From Alphaproteobacteria bacterium (lineage in GTDB: Bacteria > Pseudomonadota > Alphaproteobacteria > MPNO01 > UBA830), in the NCBI GenBank assembly GCA_965243135.1, contig OZ251539.1, positions 1,920,001 through 1,984,000 on the forward strand: a stretch of 64,000 nt of DNA, in the 5' to 3' direction. Shown piece after piece: positions 20,962 through 32,701 of the stretch. Below the pieces are notes generated by a model. That model was given only the letters and a program-made list of their open reading frames with translations. It was not told where the DNA came from and did not search any database. Every line of letters starts with the position of its first letter. Within the stretch, counting starts at the first letter, position 1. The position numbers and the translations under genes were made by a program.

Positions 20962-22497
20962 TCAGGCGGGCTCGCAATCGAAGCCGACGACGTTGCGCTC
21001 CTCGCGGCTGAACTCCACCCCGATCAGGTGGACCGAACGTCCGAGACGGCGGTACTTGTCCGCATAGCCCTTCTCCCGCAGTTGCGCGAGCGCGACCCCC
21101 TCCCGTCCGCGCTCCACCACCTTGAACTCGAACAGGTAGACGCGGTCGCCGGCGCGGATCGCCATGTCGGCGCGCCCCCGGCTGCCGCTGTCCTCGGCGA
21201 CCGGCTCGAGGCCCTCCATCAGGAAGCAGCTGTGGATGACGCTCGCGTAGTGGGCCTCGTACTTCGCGACCGGGCTGCTCGCGTACCACTGGTGCGGGAT
21301 GGCGGCGAAAATGCCGCGGAACAGGGTTTCGAGACGCTTGAAGTCGTTCGCCGCCAGCAATTCGCCCAGCCGCAGGTTCTCCGTCTCCTCGCGGGCCTCG
21401 GCCGGGAGCAGTTCTTCCAGCAGGGCCTCGCCCAGGCTTTGGCGCACCTCGAGGTTCGGGTAGTCCAGCCTGTAGCGCCTGCCCTCTTCGCCGACGATGG
21501 TGAGGTAGCCGGTCTGGAACAGAAGCGCCTCGACCGAAACCCTGTCCACGTCGAAGGTCGAGAGCAGGCTCTCGCTGCCGATCATGCCGTCCAGGCGGGG
21601 AGTGGGAAGGTTGCGGCGCGCCAGCGTCTCGACCAGGAAGGTCGGCGTGCCGCTCTCGAACCAGTACGGGCGGAACTCGCGCCGCCGAAACAGCAGCAGC
21701 AGGCCGAACGGATTGTAGACCCTCTCCGGCCCGCGCCAGTTGTAGCCGTTGTACCAGCGCCGGATCTCGTCCCGGTCCAGGCCATCGAGTTCCGGGGCGA
21801 AGACCGCGTCCAGCTCCGCGTCCGTGCAGCCGCAGATATCCGAGAATTCCGGCTCCAGCGTGACGTCGATCAGGTTGTTCAGGCCCGAGAACAGGCCCGC
21901 CTTCGAGAATTTGCTCACCCCCGTCAGGAAAACGAAACGGAGCTGCTCGTCGCACTCCTTGATCATCGCGTAGAAGCCGCGCAGGAAGTCGCGGTTGGCG
22001 AGCGCCAGTTCCCGGTCGCCGAGCGCGTCCAGGATCGGCTTGTCGTATTCGTCCACCAGAACGACCGCCCGCTGCCCGGCGCGCTCGTGCAGCGTCCTTA
22101 TCAGACGCCGGAAACGGACCGCCGCCCCGGCGGGGCCCGGTTCGAGGCCGGCCAGCCGCTCCGTTTCCTCCAACTGGTCTTCCACGTTTTCCCGAACGAG
22201 GTCCGGGGAGTCGAAATTGCCCCCGCCGAAGCTGATCCGCACGACAGGATGGCGTGTCGACCAGTCCCACTTGTCGTGCACGGCGAGGCCCCGGAACAGC
22301 TCCTCGCTTCCCTCGAACAGCTTCTGCAGCGTGTCCACCAGCAGGGTCTTGCCGAAACGCCGCGGACGCGACAGGAAATAGTACTTGCCCCCTTCGACGA
22401 GGCGGCGCACATGGTCCGTCTTGTCGACGTAGTAGCAGTTCATCCCCCGGATCTCCCGGAGGGATGAAAAGCCGATCGGAAGCATGCGTTTCGCCAT
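20962..22497 (-). CDS. AAA/PD-(D/E)XK copy F, 511 aa
   Basis: Intact ORF with all motifs. Confidence 0.93.
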   Translation of the reverse strand: MAKRMLPIGFSSLREIRGMNCYYVDKTDHVRRLVEGGKYYFLSRPRRFGKTLLVDTLQKLFEGSEELFRGLAVHDKWDWSTRHPVVRISFGGGNFDSPDLVRENVEDQLEETERLAGLEPGPAGAAVRFRRLIRTLHERAGQRAVVLVDEYDKPILDALGDRELALANRDFLRGFYAMIKECDEQLRFVFLTGVSKFSKAGLFSGLNNLIDVTLEPEFSDICGCTDAELDAVFAPELDGLDRDEIRRWYNGYNWRGPERVYNPFGLLLLFRRREFRPYWFESGTPTFLVETLARRNLPTPRLDGMIGSESLLSTFDVDRVSVEALLFQTGYLTIVGEEGRRYRLDYPNLEVRQSLGEALLEELLPAEAREETENLRLGELLAANDFKRLETLFRGIFAAIPHQWYASSPVAKYEAHYASVIHSCFLMEGLEPVAEDSGSRGRADMAIRAGDRVYLFEFKVVERGREGVALAQLREKGYADKYRRLGRSVHLIGVEFSREERNVVGFDCEPA

Positions 22498-22599
22498 CGG
22501 AAGAGAGTAGGCCGCCGCGCCGGAGCCGTCAAGAAGTCGGCGGCGGGGGTGAGCAGGCCATGAGCGTTTGGTACCGGACATATCGTCTGTTACTGACAG

Positions 22600-22963
22600 C
22601 CCTGAAGGCAACCCCAGATGCCGAGGACCTCAAGAACCGGACGGCCGTCTTCAGCGCGCCGCCGCCATCGTCATCGGCTGGCGGATTCGGACCCGTCTCG
22701 GACGGGAACTGCCCGACTTGCCGCCCGAGATCCTGTTCTCGGACGTCGAACTCCGGGTGCTGGCGCTGTTCGCCAAATCTTGCGGCGCCGCCGAAAAACC
22801 TCGGAGACGCCGTCTTCCTGGTCGCCCGCCTCGGAGGGTATTTCAAGCGCAAGCGGGACCCGCCAGGCGCGGAAGTGATGTGGAACGGCTACGCCCAACC
22901 CGCCGCCAAGGCGCATTTCCGGGAACTTGAGGACGATAGTTCAGCAAAATGGGGCACAGGCAG
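22600..22963 (+). mobile_element. 3' remnant of the DUF4338-IS4 element
   Basis: LGRELPDLPPEILFSDVEL and LGGYFKRKRDPPG plus end ATGGGGCACAGGCAG match 61020-61378. Confidence 0.75.
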
Positions 22964-23648
22964 CGCTCGGCTTCGCACGCGCGCCGACAAGGCTGTCGCC
23001 GGGCTGCAGCAGCCTGTGCGCCGGCCCGGCCACGCAGGTTCGCGGCGCGGGACAGGACAAACAGCGGTCGTCGGCCCGGCCACGGGGCAGAGGGGGATTT
23101 TTTCGCTGCGGCGGGGCGTTCGCCGCAGGGAGGGCGTAGCCCGACCGGAGGCGAACGCCCCGCCGCCCCGGCACCTCGACTCACCGGCCAACCCATCCCC
23201 ATACTGCCTTGGCGACAGGGATTGCCGACCGCCGGTATTGCGCTTCGGAGTTGATAGCGGGCCTATTTTCCAAGGGCCATAGCGGGAATTGCCGGTCGGT
23301 CAGCCACCATGCGCGTTGCGCTTCAAACTTGAAGGGGCGCTCCTCGGCGTCGAGTTCCTCCCTGAGCTCCCGGGCCCGGCGTCTCTCCGCCGCCGGCCGT
23401 CGGGGAATTCCTTGCCCTGCGGCCGCCGCGACGACGAGAACGACCGGCTCTCCAGCCCTGCGGCGCGGAACCCGGAGACGCGCCCGACCCGCGAAGCCTG
23501 CCGGCGCGCGAGCGCCTGCAAGGAGACGCCGTCGGCCACGGCCTCCTCGCCGGGCGGCCCGTCAAGCCGCGCGACGAACCGGCGGAACCGGCTGCCGCCG
23601 CAGGCCGAGCGGCGTTCTTTCGCGGAGGCGGCCGTGACGGGAAGCCGT

Positions 23649-25184
23649 TCAGGCGGCCTCGCAATCGAACCCGACGACGTTGCGCTCCGCCCGGCTGAAC
23701 TCCACCCCGATCAGGTGGACCGAACGCCCGAGACGGCGGTACTTGTCCGCATATCCCTTCTCCCGCAGTTGCGCGAGCGCGACCCCCTCCCGTCCGCGCT
23801 CCACCACCTTGAACTCGAACAGGTAGACGCGGTCGCCGGCGCGGATCGCCATGTCGGCGCGCCCCCGGCTGCCGCTGTCCTCCGCGACCGGCTCGAGGCC
23901 CTCCATCAGGAAGCAGCTGTGGATGACGCTCGCGTAGTGGGCCTCGTACTTCGCGACCGGGCTGCTCGCGTACCACTGGTGCGGGATGGCGGCGAAAATG
24001 CCGCGGAACAGGGTTTCGAGACGCTTGAAGTCGTTAGCCGCCAGCAATTCGCCCAGCCGCAGGTTCTCCGTCTCCTCGCGGGCCTCGGCCGGGAGCAGTT
24101 CTTCCAGCAGGGCCTCGCCCAGGCTTTGGCGCACCTCGAGGTTCGGGTAGTCCAGCCGGTAGCGCCTGCCCTCTTCGCCGACGATGGTGAGGTAGCCGGT
24201 CTGGAACAGAAGCGCCTCGACCGAAACCCTGTCCACGTCGAAGGTCGAGAGCAGGCTCTCGCTGCCGATCATGCCGTCCAGGCGGGGAGTGGGCAGGTTG
24301 CGGCGCGCCAGCGTCTCGACCAGGAAGGTCGGCGTGCCGCTCTCGAACCAGTACGGGCGGAACTCGCGCCGCCGAAACAGCAGCAGCAGGCCGAACGGAT
24401 TGTAGACCCTCTCCGGCCCGCGCCAGTTGTAGCCGTTGTACCAGCGGCGGACCTCGTCCCGGTCCAGGCCCTCGAGTTCCGGGGCGAAGACCGCGTCCAG
24501 TTCCGCGTCCGTGCAACCGCAGATGTCCGAGAACTCCGGCTCCAGCGTGACGTCGATCAGGTTGTTCAGGCCCGAGAACAGGCCCGCCTTCGAGAATTTG
24601 CTCACCCCCGTCAGGAAAACGAAACGGAGATGCCTGTCGCAGGCCTTGATCACCCCGTACAGGCTGCGCAGGAAGTCGCGGTTGGCCCGCGCCAGTTCCC
24701 GGTCGCCGAGCGCGTCCAGGATCGGCTTGTCGTACTCGTCCACCAGAACCACCGCCCGCTGCCCGGTGCGCTCGTGCAGGTCCGCGATCAGTTCCCGGAA
24801 GCGGACCGAAACTCTGGCGCTCCCCAGCTCGATGCCGGCCCGCCTCTCCGCCGCCTTCAGTTGCGATTCCGTTTCTTCCCGAACTCCGTCCGGGTCGCCG
24901 AAATCGCCCCCGCCGAAATCCAGCCGCACGACAGGATGACGTATCGACCAGTCCCACCTGCCGTGCACGGCGAGGCCCCGGAACAGCTCCTCGCTTCCCT
25001 CGAACAACTCCTGCAGCGTGTCCACCAGCAGGCTCTTGCCGAACCGGCGCGGACGCGACAGGAAATAGTACTTGCCTCTCTCGACGAGGCGGCGCGCATG
25101 GTCCGTCTTGTCGACGTAGTAGCAGTCCATCCCCCGGATCTCCCGGAGGGAAGAAAAGCCGATCGGAAGCATGCGTTTCGTCAT
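23649..25184 (-). CDS. AAA/PD-(D/E)XK copy G, 511 aa
   Basis: Intact from MTKRMLPIG; own promoter directly upstream. Confidence 0.93.
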   Translation of the reverse strand: MTKRMLPIGFSSLREIRGMDCYYVDKTDHARRLVERGKYYFLSRPRRFGKSLLVDTLQELFEGSEELFRGLAVHGRWDWSIRHPVVRLDFGGGDFGDPDGVREETESQLKAAERRAGIELGSARVSVRFRELIADLHERTGQRAVVLVDEYDKPILDALGDRELARANRDFLRSLYGVIKACDRHLRFVFLTGVSKFSKAGLFSGLNNLIDVTLEPEFSDICGCTDAELDAVFAPELEGLDRDEVRRWYNGYNWRGPERVYNPFGLLLLFRRREFRPYWFESGTPTFLVETLARRNLPTPRLDGMIGSESLLSTFDVDRVSVEALLFQTGYLTIVGEEGRRYRLDYPNLEVRQSLGEALLEELLPAEAREETENLRLGELLAANDFKRLETLFRGIFAAIPHQWYASSPVAKYEAHYASVIHSCFLMEGLEPVAEDSGSRGRADMAIRAGDRVYLFEFKVVERGREGVALAQLREKGYADKYRRLGRSVHLIGVEFSRAERNVVGFDCEAA

Positions 25185-25399
25185 CCGAAGAGAGTAGGCC
25201 GCCGCGCCGGAGCCGTCAAGAAGTCGGCGGCGGCAGGCCTGTCTGCGTCCCCTGGCGCGGCAAGTAGCCGGCAGTTTCCGCGGCGGCCCGGGCGGGCGGC
25301 GGGGAAAAGCGCGGAGGCGAGCGAACCTGTCGCTCCGCGGAAGCTCCGCTGAGGCGAGCGCGTTCGACGCGCTCAACGCACGGCCTGGAGGCCGCGGGC

Positions 25400-26400
25400 G
25401 GAAGCGAGCGCTGCCGCCGGGCAGCGCAAGGTTGGCGGACTTGCGGCGGCGACTCAAGCCGCCGCCACGGCGCGCCTTTCCGGCACCAGCAGGGCAAAAA
25501 CTCCGGCGACCGCGGCAAGCGCGACCCACCACAGTCCGTCTCGCGGTCGAAGATCCCCCAGCAAGACCCCGGTCGCCGCGTCCAGGGAATGGCCGCCGAA
25601 CAGCAGCCCGAGCGTGAGGCCCGCAAGCCGCGTCGCGACGATGTTGGCGATCACCGGGAAGGTGGCGAAGTTGAGAACCCCGAAGAGGGCCGCGAAGAGG
25701 AACAGGACGACGCCGGCGAGATTGCCCGTGAACCCCGTAGGCACCCTCGACGAGGGTGAAGCCCCAGGTCAGGGCGTAGGGAATGAAGTACACGTCGATT
25801 ATCCCGGCCGTCGTGAAGCCGCACAGCGCGAAGGCGGCGAGCAGCAGCGGAAAGGTCCGTTCCCGGAACAGGGATTTCAGGCGGTCGGGCAGGGAACCGT
25901 CGTCGGCCGCGGCGGCAGGCGTCGGCGGGTTGCGGCGGCCTGAAATGAAGGAGGACCAGCAGGGAGAGCGCCGCCGCGCCCAGGCAGGAAGTCCGCCAGC
26001 CGAGCGACGCGACGCCCGGAAGCGACAGGACCGGAAGCTGTCGCCGCGCCGGAAACGGCGACGCCAGTCCGCGCCTGCGCGCGAAGTAGCGGGAAACCGC
26101 GGCCGTGACCAGCGGCAGCGAAACGGCCGCCCGCCCGCCCACGAGCCCGAACGGAAGGTAGGCGGTTCCGCGGCGAAGACGGTGCCGCCGGCAGCGAGGG
26201 CGCCCGCCTGCGCTCCCGTCCACCTGCCGGGAGAACCATGCTCACGGACGACCGCGCGCCGAAAGTAAAGGCCAGCGCGACGAAGCAGGTTGCGACGACG
26301 GCCGGCGCGCGTCTCGCCGGTCACCGGAGTCGCGCGCCGAGCCGCCCGGCGCGGAACCCGGAGACGCGCCCGAGCCGCGAAGCCTGCCGGCGCGCGAGCG
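25400..26400 (-). pseudogene. Eroded MFS/mutT duplicate
   Basis: Matches 33100-34390 with deletions; near-identical to 28300-29270. Confidence 0.85.
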
Positions 26401-26545
26401 CCTGCAGGGAACCGTCGTCGGCCGCGGCGGCCTCCTCGGCCGGGCGGCCCGTCCAGCCGCGCGACGAACCGGCGGAACCGGCTGCCGTCGCGGGCCGAAC
26501 CGCGGGCTGCGTTCTTTCGCGGAGGCGGCCGTGACGGGAAGCCGT

Positions 26546-28081
26546 TCAGGCGGGCTCGCAATCGAAGCCGACGACGTTGCGCTCCTCGCGGCTGAACTCC
26601 ACCCCGATCAGGTGGACCGAACGCCCGAGACGGCGGTACTTGTCCGCATAGCCCTTCTCCCGCAGCTGCGCGAGCGCGGTCCCCTCCCGTCCGCGCTCCA
26701 CCACCTTGAACTCGAACAGGTAGACGCCGCCGCCGGCGCGGATCGCCATGTCGGCGCGCCCCCGGCTGCCGCTGTCCTCGGCCACCGGCTCGAAGCCCTC
26801 CATCAGGAAGCAGCTGTGGATGACGCTCGCGTAGTGGGCCTCGTACTTCGCGACGGGGCTGTTCATGTACCACTGGTGCGGGATGGCGGCGAAGACGCCG
26901 CGGAACAGGGTCTCGACGCGCTTGAAGTCGTTCGCCGCCAGCAATTCGCCCAGCCGCAGGTTCTCCGTCTCCTCGCGGGCCTCGTCCGGGAGCAGTTCTT
27001 CCAGCAAGGCCTCGCCCAGGCTCCGGCGCACCTCGAGGTTCGGGTAGTCCAGCCGGTAGCGCCCGTCCTCCTCGCCGGCGATGGTGAGGTAGCCGGTCTG
27101 GAACAGAAGCGCCTGGACCGACATCCTGTCCACGTCGAAGGTCGAGAGCAGGCTCTCGCTGCCGATCATGCCGTCCAGGCGGGGAGTGGGCAGGTTGCGG
27201 CGCGCCAGCGTCTCGATCAGGAAGGTCGGCGTGCCGCTCTCGAACCAGTAGTTGCCGAACCTGCGCTCGGCGAACAGCAGCAGGAGGCCGAACGGGTTGT
27301 AGAGCTTCTCCGGCCCGCGCCAGTTGTAGCCGTTGTACCAGCGGCGGATCTCGTCCCGGTCCAGGCCCTCGAGTTCCGGGGCGAAGACCGCGTCCAGCTC
27401 CGCGTCCGTGCAGCCGCAGATGTCCGAGAACTCCGGCGCCAGCGTGATGTCGCGCAGGTTGTTCAGGCCCGAGAACAGGCCCGCCTTCGAGAATTTGCTC
27501 ACTCCCGTCAGGAAAACGAAACGGAGATGCCTGTCGCACTCCTTGATCACCCCGTACAGGCTGCGCAGGAAGTCCCGGTTGGCCCGCGCCAGCTCCCGGT
27601 CGCCGAGCGCGTCCAGGATCGGCTTGTCGTATTCGTCCACCAGAACCACCGCCCGCTGCCCGGTGCGTTCGTGCAGGTCCGCGATCAGTTCCCGGAAGCG
27701 GACCGAAACTCTGGCGCCGCCCGGCTCGATGCCGGCCCGCCTCTCCGTCGCCTTCAGTTGCGATTCCGTTTCTTCCCGAACTCCGTCCGGGTCGCCGAAA
27801 TCGCCCCCGCCGAAGCCGATCCGCACGACCGGATAGCGCGTCGACCAGTCCCACTTGCCGTGCACGGCGAGGCCCCGGAACAACTCCTCGCTTCCCTCGA
27901 ACAACTCCTGCAGCGTGTCCACCAGCAGGGTCTTGCCGAACCGGCGCGGACGCGACAGGAAATAGTACTTGCCTCTCTCGACGAGGCGGCGCGCATGGTC
28001 CGTCTTGTCGACGTAGTAGCAGTCCATCCCCCGGATCTCCCGGAGGGAAGAAAAGCCGATCGGAAGCATGCGTTTCGCCAT
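26546..28081 (-). CDS. AAA/PD-(D/E)XK copy H, 511 aa
   Basis: Intact ORF with all motifs. Confidence 0.93.
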   Translation of the reverse strand: MAKRMLPIGFSSLREIRGMDCYYVDKTDHARRLVERGKYYFLSRPRRFGKTLLVDTLQELFEGSEELFRGLAVHGKWDWSTRYPVVRIGFGGGDFGDPDGVREETESQLKATERRAGIEPGGARVSVRFRELIADLHERTGQRAVVLVDEYDKPILDALGDRELARANRDFLRSLYGVIKECDRHLRFVFLTGVSKFSKAGLFSGLNNLRDITLAPEFSDICGCTDAELDAVFAPELEGLDRDEIRRWYNGYNWRGPEKLYNPFGLLLLFAERRFGNYWFESGTPTFLIETLARRNLPTPRLDGMIGSESLLSTFDVDRMSVQALLFQTGYLTIAGEEDGRYRLDYPNLEVRRSLGEALLEELLPDEAREETENLRLGELLAANDFKRVETLFRGVFAAIPHQWYMNSPVAKYEAHYASVIHSCFLMEGFEPVAEDSGSRGRADMAIRAGGGVYLFEFKVVERGREGTALAQLREKGYADKYRRLGRSVHLIGVEFSREERNVVGFDCEPA

Positions 28082-28299
28082 CGGAAGAGAGTAGGCCGCC
28101 GCGCCGGAGCCGTCAAGAAGTCGGCGGCGGCAGGCCTGTCCGCGTCCCCTGGCGCGGCAAGCAGCCGACAGTTTCCGCCGCGGCCCGGGCGGGCGGCGGG
28201 GAAAAGCGCGGAGGCGAGCGAACCTGTCGCTCCGCGGAAGCTCCGCTGAGGCGAGCGCGTTCGACGCGCTCAACGCACGGCCTGGAGGCCGCGGGCGGA

Positions 28300-29270
28300 A
28301 GCGAGCGCTGCCGCCGGGCAGCGCAAGGTTGGCGGACTTGCTGCGGCGACTCAAGCCGCCGCCACGGCGCGCCTTTCCGGCACCAGCAGGGCAAAAACTC
28401 CGGCGACCGCGGCAAGCGCGACCCACCACAGTCCGTCTCGCGGTCGAAGATCCCCCAGCAAGACCCCGGTCGCCGCGCCCAGGGAATGGCCGCCGAACAG
28501 CAGCCCGAGGCCCCGCAAGCCGCGTCGCGACGATGTTGGCGATCACCGGGAAGGTGGCGAAGTTGAGAACCCCGAAGAGGGCCGCGGAGAGGAACAGGAC
28601 GACGCCGGCGAGATTGCCCGTGAACCCCGTAGGCACCCTCGACGAGGGTGAAGCCCCAGGTCAGGGCGTAGGGAATGAAGTACACGTCGATTATCCCGGC
28701 CGTCGTGAAGCCGCACAGCGCGAAGGCGGCGAGCAGCAGCGGAAAGGTCCGTTCCCGGAACAGGGATTTCAGGCGGTCGGGCAGGGAACCGTCGTCGGCC
28801 GCGGCGGCAGGCGTCGGCGGGTTGCGGCGGCCTGAAATGAAGGAGGACCAGCAGGGAGAGCGCCGCCGCGCCCAGGCAGGAAGTCCGCCAGCCGAGCGAC
28901 GCGACGCCCGGAAGCGACAGGACCGGAAGCTGTCGCCGCGCCGGAAACGGCGACGCCAGTCCGCGCCTGCGCGCGAAGTAGCGGGAAACCGCGGCCGTGA
29001 CCAGCGGCAGCGAAACGGCCGCCCGCCCGCCCACGAGCCCGAACGGAAGGTAGGCGGTTCCGCGGCGAAGGCGGTGCCGCCGGCAGCGAGGGCGCCCGCG
29101 GCGAGCTGCGCTCCGTAGCGGTCCCTGCCCGCCGCCGGCGACCCGACGGCCACCCAGGGAGGCGCCCGCCTGCCTCCCGTCCACCTGCCGGGAGAACCAT
29201 GCTCACGGACGACCGCGCGCCGAAAGTAAAGGCCAGCGCGACGAAGCAGGTTGCGACGACGGCCGGCGCG
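28300..29270 (-). pseudogene. Eroded MFS duplicate
   Basis: Sister of 25400-26310. Confidence 0.85.
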
Positions 29271-29421
29271 CGAGCGCCTGCAGGGAACCGTCGTCGGCCG
29301 CGGCGGCCTCCTCGGCCGGGCGGCCCGTCCAGCCGCGCGACGAACCGGCGGAACCGGCTGCCGTCGCGGGCCGAACCGCGGGCTGCGTTCTTTCGCGGAG
29401 GCGGCCGTGACGGGAAGCCGT

Positions 29422-30957
29422 TCAGGCGGGCTCGCAATCGAAGCCGACGACGTTGCGCTCCTCGCGGCTGAACTCCACCCCGATCAGGTGGACCGAACGC
29501 CCGAGACGGCGGTACTTGTCCGCATAGCCCTTCTCCCGCAGCTGCGCGAGCGCGGTCCCCTCCCGTCCGCGCTCCACCACCTTGAACTCGAACAGGTAGA
29601 CGCCGCCGCCGGCGCGGATCGCCATGTCGGCGCGCCCCCGGCTGCCGCTGTCCTCGGCCACCGGCTCGAAGCCCTCCATCAGGAAGCAGCTGTGGATGAC
29701 GCTCGCGTAGTGGGCCTCGTACTTCGCGACGGGGCTGTTCATGTACCACTGGTGCGGGATGGCGGCGAAGACGCCGCGGAACAGGGTCTCGACGCGCTTG
29801 AAGTCGTTCGCCGCCAGCAATTCGCCCAGCCGCAGGTTCTCCGTCTCCTCGCGGGCCTCGGCCGGAAGCAGTTCTTCCAGCAAGGCCTCGCCCAGGCTCT
29901 GGCGCACCTCGAGGTTCGGGTAGTCCAGCCGGTAGCGCCCGTCCTCCTCGCCGGCGATGGTGAGGTAGCCGGTCTGGAACAGAAGCGCCTGGACCGACAT
30001 CCTGTCCACGTCGAAGGTCGAGAGCAGGCTCTCGCTGCCGATCATGCCGTCCAGGCGGGGAGTGGGCAGGTTGCGGCGCGCCAGCGTCTCGATCAGGAAG
30101 GTCGGCGTGCCGCTCTCGAACCAGTAGTTGCCGAACCTGCGCTCGGCGAACAGCAGCAGGAGGCCGAACGGGTTGTAGAGCCTCTCCGGCCCGCGCCAGT
30201 TGTAGCCGTTGTACCAGCGCCGGATCTCGTCCCGGTCCAGGCCCTCGAGTTCCGGGGCGAAGACCGCGTCCAGTTCCGCGTCCGTGCAGCCGCAGATGTC
30301 CGAGAACTCCGGCACAAGCGTGATGTCGCGCAGGTTGTTCAGGCCCGAGAACAGGCCCGCCTTCGAGAATTTGCTCACCCCCGTCAGAAAAACGAAACGG
30401 AGCTGCTCGTCGCAGTCCTTGATCACCCCGTACAGGTCGCGCAGGAAGCCGCGGTTGGCCAGCGCCAGTTCCCGGTCGCCGAGCGCGTCCAGGATCGGCT
30501 TGTCGTATTCGTCCACCAGCACGACCGCCCGCTGCCCGGTGCGCTCGTGCAGTTCGGAGATCAGATGGTGAAGGCGGTCGGAGGCGTCCGGGTAGCCGCA
30601 TTGGACGCCGGCGCGCTTTTCGGCGGCGTCGAGCTGCATCATCGCGTTCCTGTGCAGCCGGTCGGGGACGACGAAATTGCGCCCGCCGAAGCTGAGTCGC
30701 ACGACCGGATGGCGCATCGACCAGTCCCACCTGCCGTGCACGGCGAGGCCCCGGAACAGCTCCTCGCTTCCCTCGAACAGCTTCTGCAGCGTGTCCACGA
30801 GGAGGGTCTTGCCGAACCGGCGCGGACGCGACAGGAAATAGTACTTGCCCCCTTCGACGAGGCGGCGCACATGGTCCGTCTTGTCGACGTAGTAGCAGTT
30901 CATCCCCCGGATCTCCCGGAGGGAGGAAAAGCCGATCGGAAGCATGCGTTTCGTCAT
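29422..30957 (-). CDS. AAA/PD-(D/E)XK copy I, 511 aa
   Basis: Intact ORF; unique block RNFVVPDRLHRNAMMQLDAAEKRAGVQCGYPDASDRLHHLISEL. Confidence 0.93.
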   Translation of the reverse strand: MTKRMLPIGFSSLREIRGMNCYYVDKTDHVRRLVEGGKYYFLSRPRRFGKTLLVDTLQKLFEGSEELFRGLAVHGRWDWSMRHPVVRLSFGGRNFVVPDRLHRNAMMQLDAAEKRAGVQCGYPDASDRLHHLISELHERTGQRAVVLVDEYDKPILDALGDRELALANRGFLRDLYGVIKDCDEQLRFVFLTGVSKFSKAGLFSGLNNLRDITLVPEFSDICGCTDAELDAVFAPELEGLDRDEIRRWYNGYNWRGPERLYNPFGLLLLFAERRFGNYWFESGTPTFLIETLARRNLPTPRLDGMIGSESLLSTFDVDRMSVQALLFQTGYLTIAGEEDGRYRLDYPNLEVRQSLGEALLEELLPAEAREETENLRLGELLAANDFKRVETLFRGVFAAIPHQWYMNSPVAKYEAHYASVIHSCFLMEGFEPVAEDSGSRGRADMAIRAGGGVYLFEFKVVERGREGTALAQLREKGYADKYRRLGRSVHLIGVEFSREERNVVGFDCEPA

Positions 30958-31165
30958 TCGAAGAGAGTAGGCCGCCGCGCCGGAGCCGTCAAGAAGTCGG
31001 CGGCGGCAGGCCTGTCCGGGTCCCCTGGCGCGGCAAGCAGTCGGCAGTTTCCGCGGCGGCACGGGCGGCCCGTCAAGCCGCGCGACGAACCGGCGGAACC
31101 AGCTGCCGCCGCAGGCCGAACCCGCGTGGCGTTCTTTTGCGGAGGCGGCCGTGACGGGAAGCCGT

Positions 31166-32695
31166 TCAGGCGGCCTCGCAGTCGAAGCCGACGACGTTGC
31201 GCTCCTCGCGGCTGAACTCCACCCCGATCAGGTGGACCGAACGCCCGAGGTGGCGGTACTTGTCCGCATAGCCCTTCTCCCGCAACTGCGCGAGCGCGGT
31301 CCCCTCCCGTCCGCGCTCCACCACCTTGAACTCGAACAGGTAGACGCGCCCGCCGGCGCGGACCGCCATGTCGGCCCGCCCCCGGCTGCCGCTGTCCTCG
31401 GCCACCGGCTCGACGCCCTCCATCAGGAAGCAGCTGTGGATGACGCTCGCGTAGTGGGCCTCGTACTTCGCGACGGGGCTGTTCATGTACCATTGGTGCG
31501 GGGCGAAGACGCCGCGGAACAGGGTCTCGATGCGCTCGAAATCGTTCGCCTCCAGCAGTTCGCCCAGCCGCAGGCGCCCCGTCTTCTTGCGCGCCTCGAC
31601 CGGGAGCAGTTCTCCCAGCAAGGCCTCGCCCAGGCTCCGGCGCACCTCGAGGTTCGGGTAGTCCAGCCGGTAGTGCCCGTCCTCCTCGCCGGCGATGGTG
31701 AGGTAGCCGGTCTGGAACAGAAGCGCCTCGACCGAGATACTGTCCACGTCGAAGGTCGAGAGCAGGCTCTCGCTGCCGATCATGCCGTCCAGGTCGGGAG
31801 TGGGCAGGTCGCGGCGCGTCAGCGTCTCGACCAGGAAGGTCGGCGTGCCGCTCTGGAACCAGTACGGGCGGAACTCGCGCCGTTGAAACAGCAGCAGGAG
31901 GCCGAACGGGTTGTAGACCCTCTCCGGCCCGCGCCAGTTGTAGCCGTTGTACCAGCGGCGGATCTCGTCCCGGTCCAGGCCCTCGAGTTCCGGGGCGAAG
32001 ACCGCGTCCAGCTCCGCGTCCGTGCAGCCGCAAATGTCCGAGAACTCCGGCGCCAGCGTGATGTCGTTCAGGTTGTTCAGGCCAGAGAACAGGCCCGCTT
32101 TCGAGAATTTGCTCACCCCCGTCAGGAAAACGAAACGGAGCTGCCTGTCGCAGTCCTTGATCATCGCGTAGAAGCCGCGCAGGAAGTCGCGGTTGGCCGC
32201 CGCCAGTTCCCGGTTGCCGAGCACGTCCAGAATCGGCTTGTCGTATTCGTCCACCAGAACGACCGCCCGCTGTCCGGTGCGCTCGTGCAGCGTCCTTATC
32301 AGGTGCCGGAAACGGACCGCCGCCCCGGCGGGACCCGGTTCGAGGCCGGCCAGCCGCTCCGTCTCCTCCAACTGGTCTTCCACGTTTCCCCGAATGAGAT
32401 CCGGGGAGTCGAAATGGCCCCCGCCGAAGCTGATCCGCACGACAGGATGGCGCGCCGACCAGTCCCACTTGTCGTGCACGGCGAGGCCCCGGAACAGCTC
32501 CTCGCTTCCTTCGAACAACTCCTGCAGCGTGTCCACCAGCAGGGTCTTGCCGAACCGGCGCGGACGCGACAGGAAATAGTAATCGCCCTCTTCGACGAGG
32601 CGGCGCACATGGTCCGTCTTGTCGACGTAGTAGCAGTTCCTCGTCCGGATTTTCCGGAGGGAGGTCATGCCGATCGGAAGCATGCGTTTCGCCAT
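31166..32695 (-). CDS. AAA/PD-(D/E)XK copy J, 509 aa
   Basis: Intact ORF; 2-codon deletion (FAPHQ versus FAAIPHQ). Confidence 0.92.
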   Translation of the reverse strand: MAKRMLPIGMTSLRKIRTRNCYYVDKTDHVRRLVEEGDYYFLSRPRRFGKTLLVDTLQELFEGSEELFRGLAVHDKWDWSARHPVVRISFGGGHFDSPDLIRGNVEDQLEETERLAGLEPGPAGAAVRFRHLIRTLHERTGQRAVVLVDEYDKPILDVLGNRELAAANRDFLRGFYAMIKDCDRQLRFVFLTGVSKFSKAGLFSGLNNLNDITLAPEFSDICGCTDAELDAVFAPELEGLDRDEIRRWYNGYNWRGPERVYNPFGLLLLFQRREFRPYWFQSGTPTFLVETLTRRDLPTPDLDGMIGSESLLSTFDVDSISVEALLFQTGYLTIAGEEDGHYRLDYPNLEVRRSLGEALLGELLPVEARKKTGRLRLGELLEANDFERIETLFRGVFAPHQWYMNSPVAKYEAHYASVIHSCFLMEGVEPVAEDSGSRGRADMAVRAGGRVYLFEFKVVERGREGTALAQLREKGYADKYRHLGRSVHLIGVEFSREERNVVGFDCEAA

Positions 32696-32701
32696 CGGAA
32701 G

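Noticed and set aside
23649-27854. 1401-aa ORF
   Set aside because: Stop-free run through an alternate frame of copy H and MFS debris into copy G; G has its own promoter and start at 25184.
919-32695. Diversity-generating retroelement or shufflon as the cause of variation
   Set aside because: No RT or site-specific recombinase in the window, no adenine-specific TR/VR pair, and no inverted cassettes.
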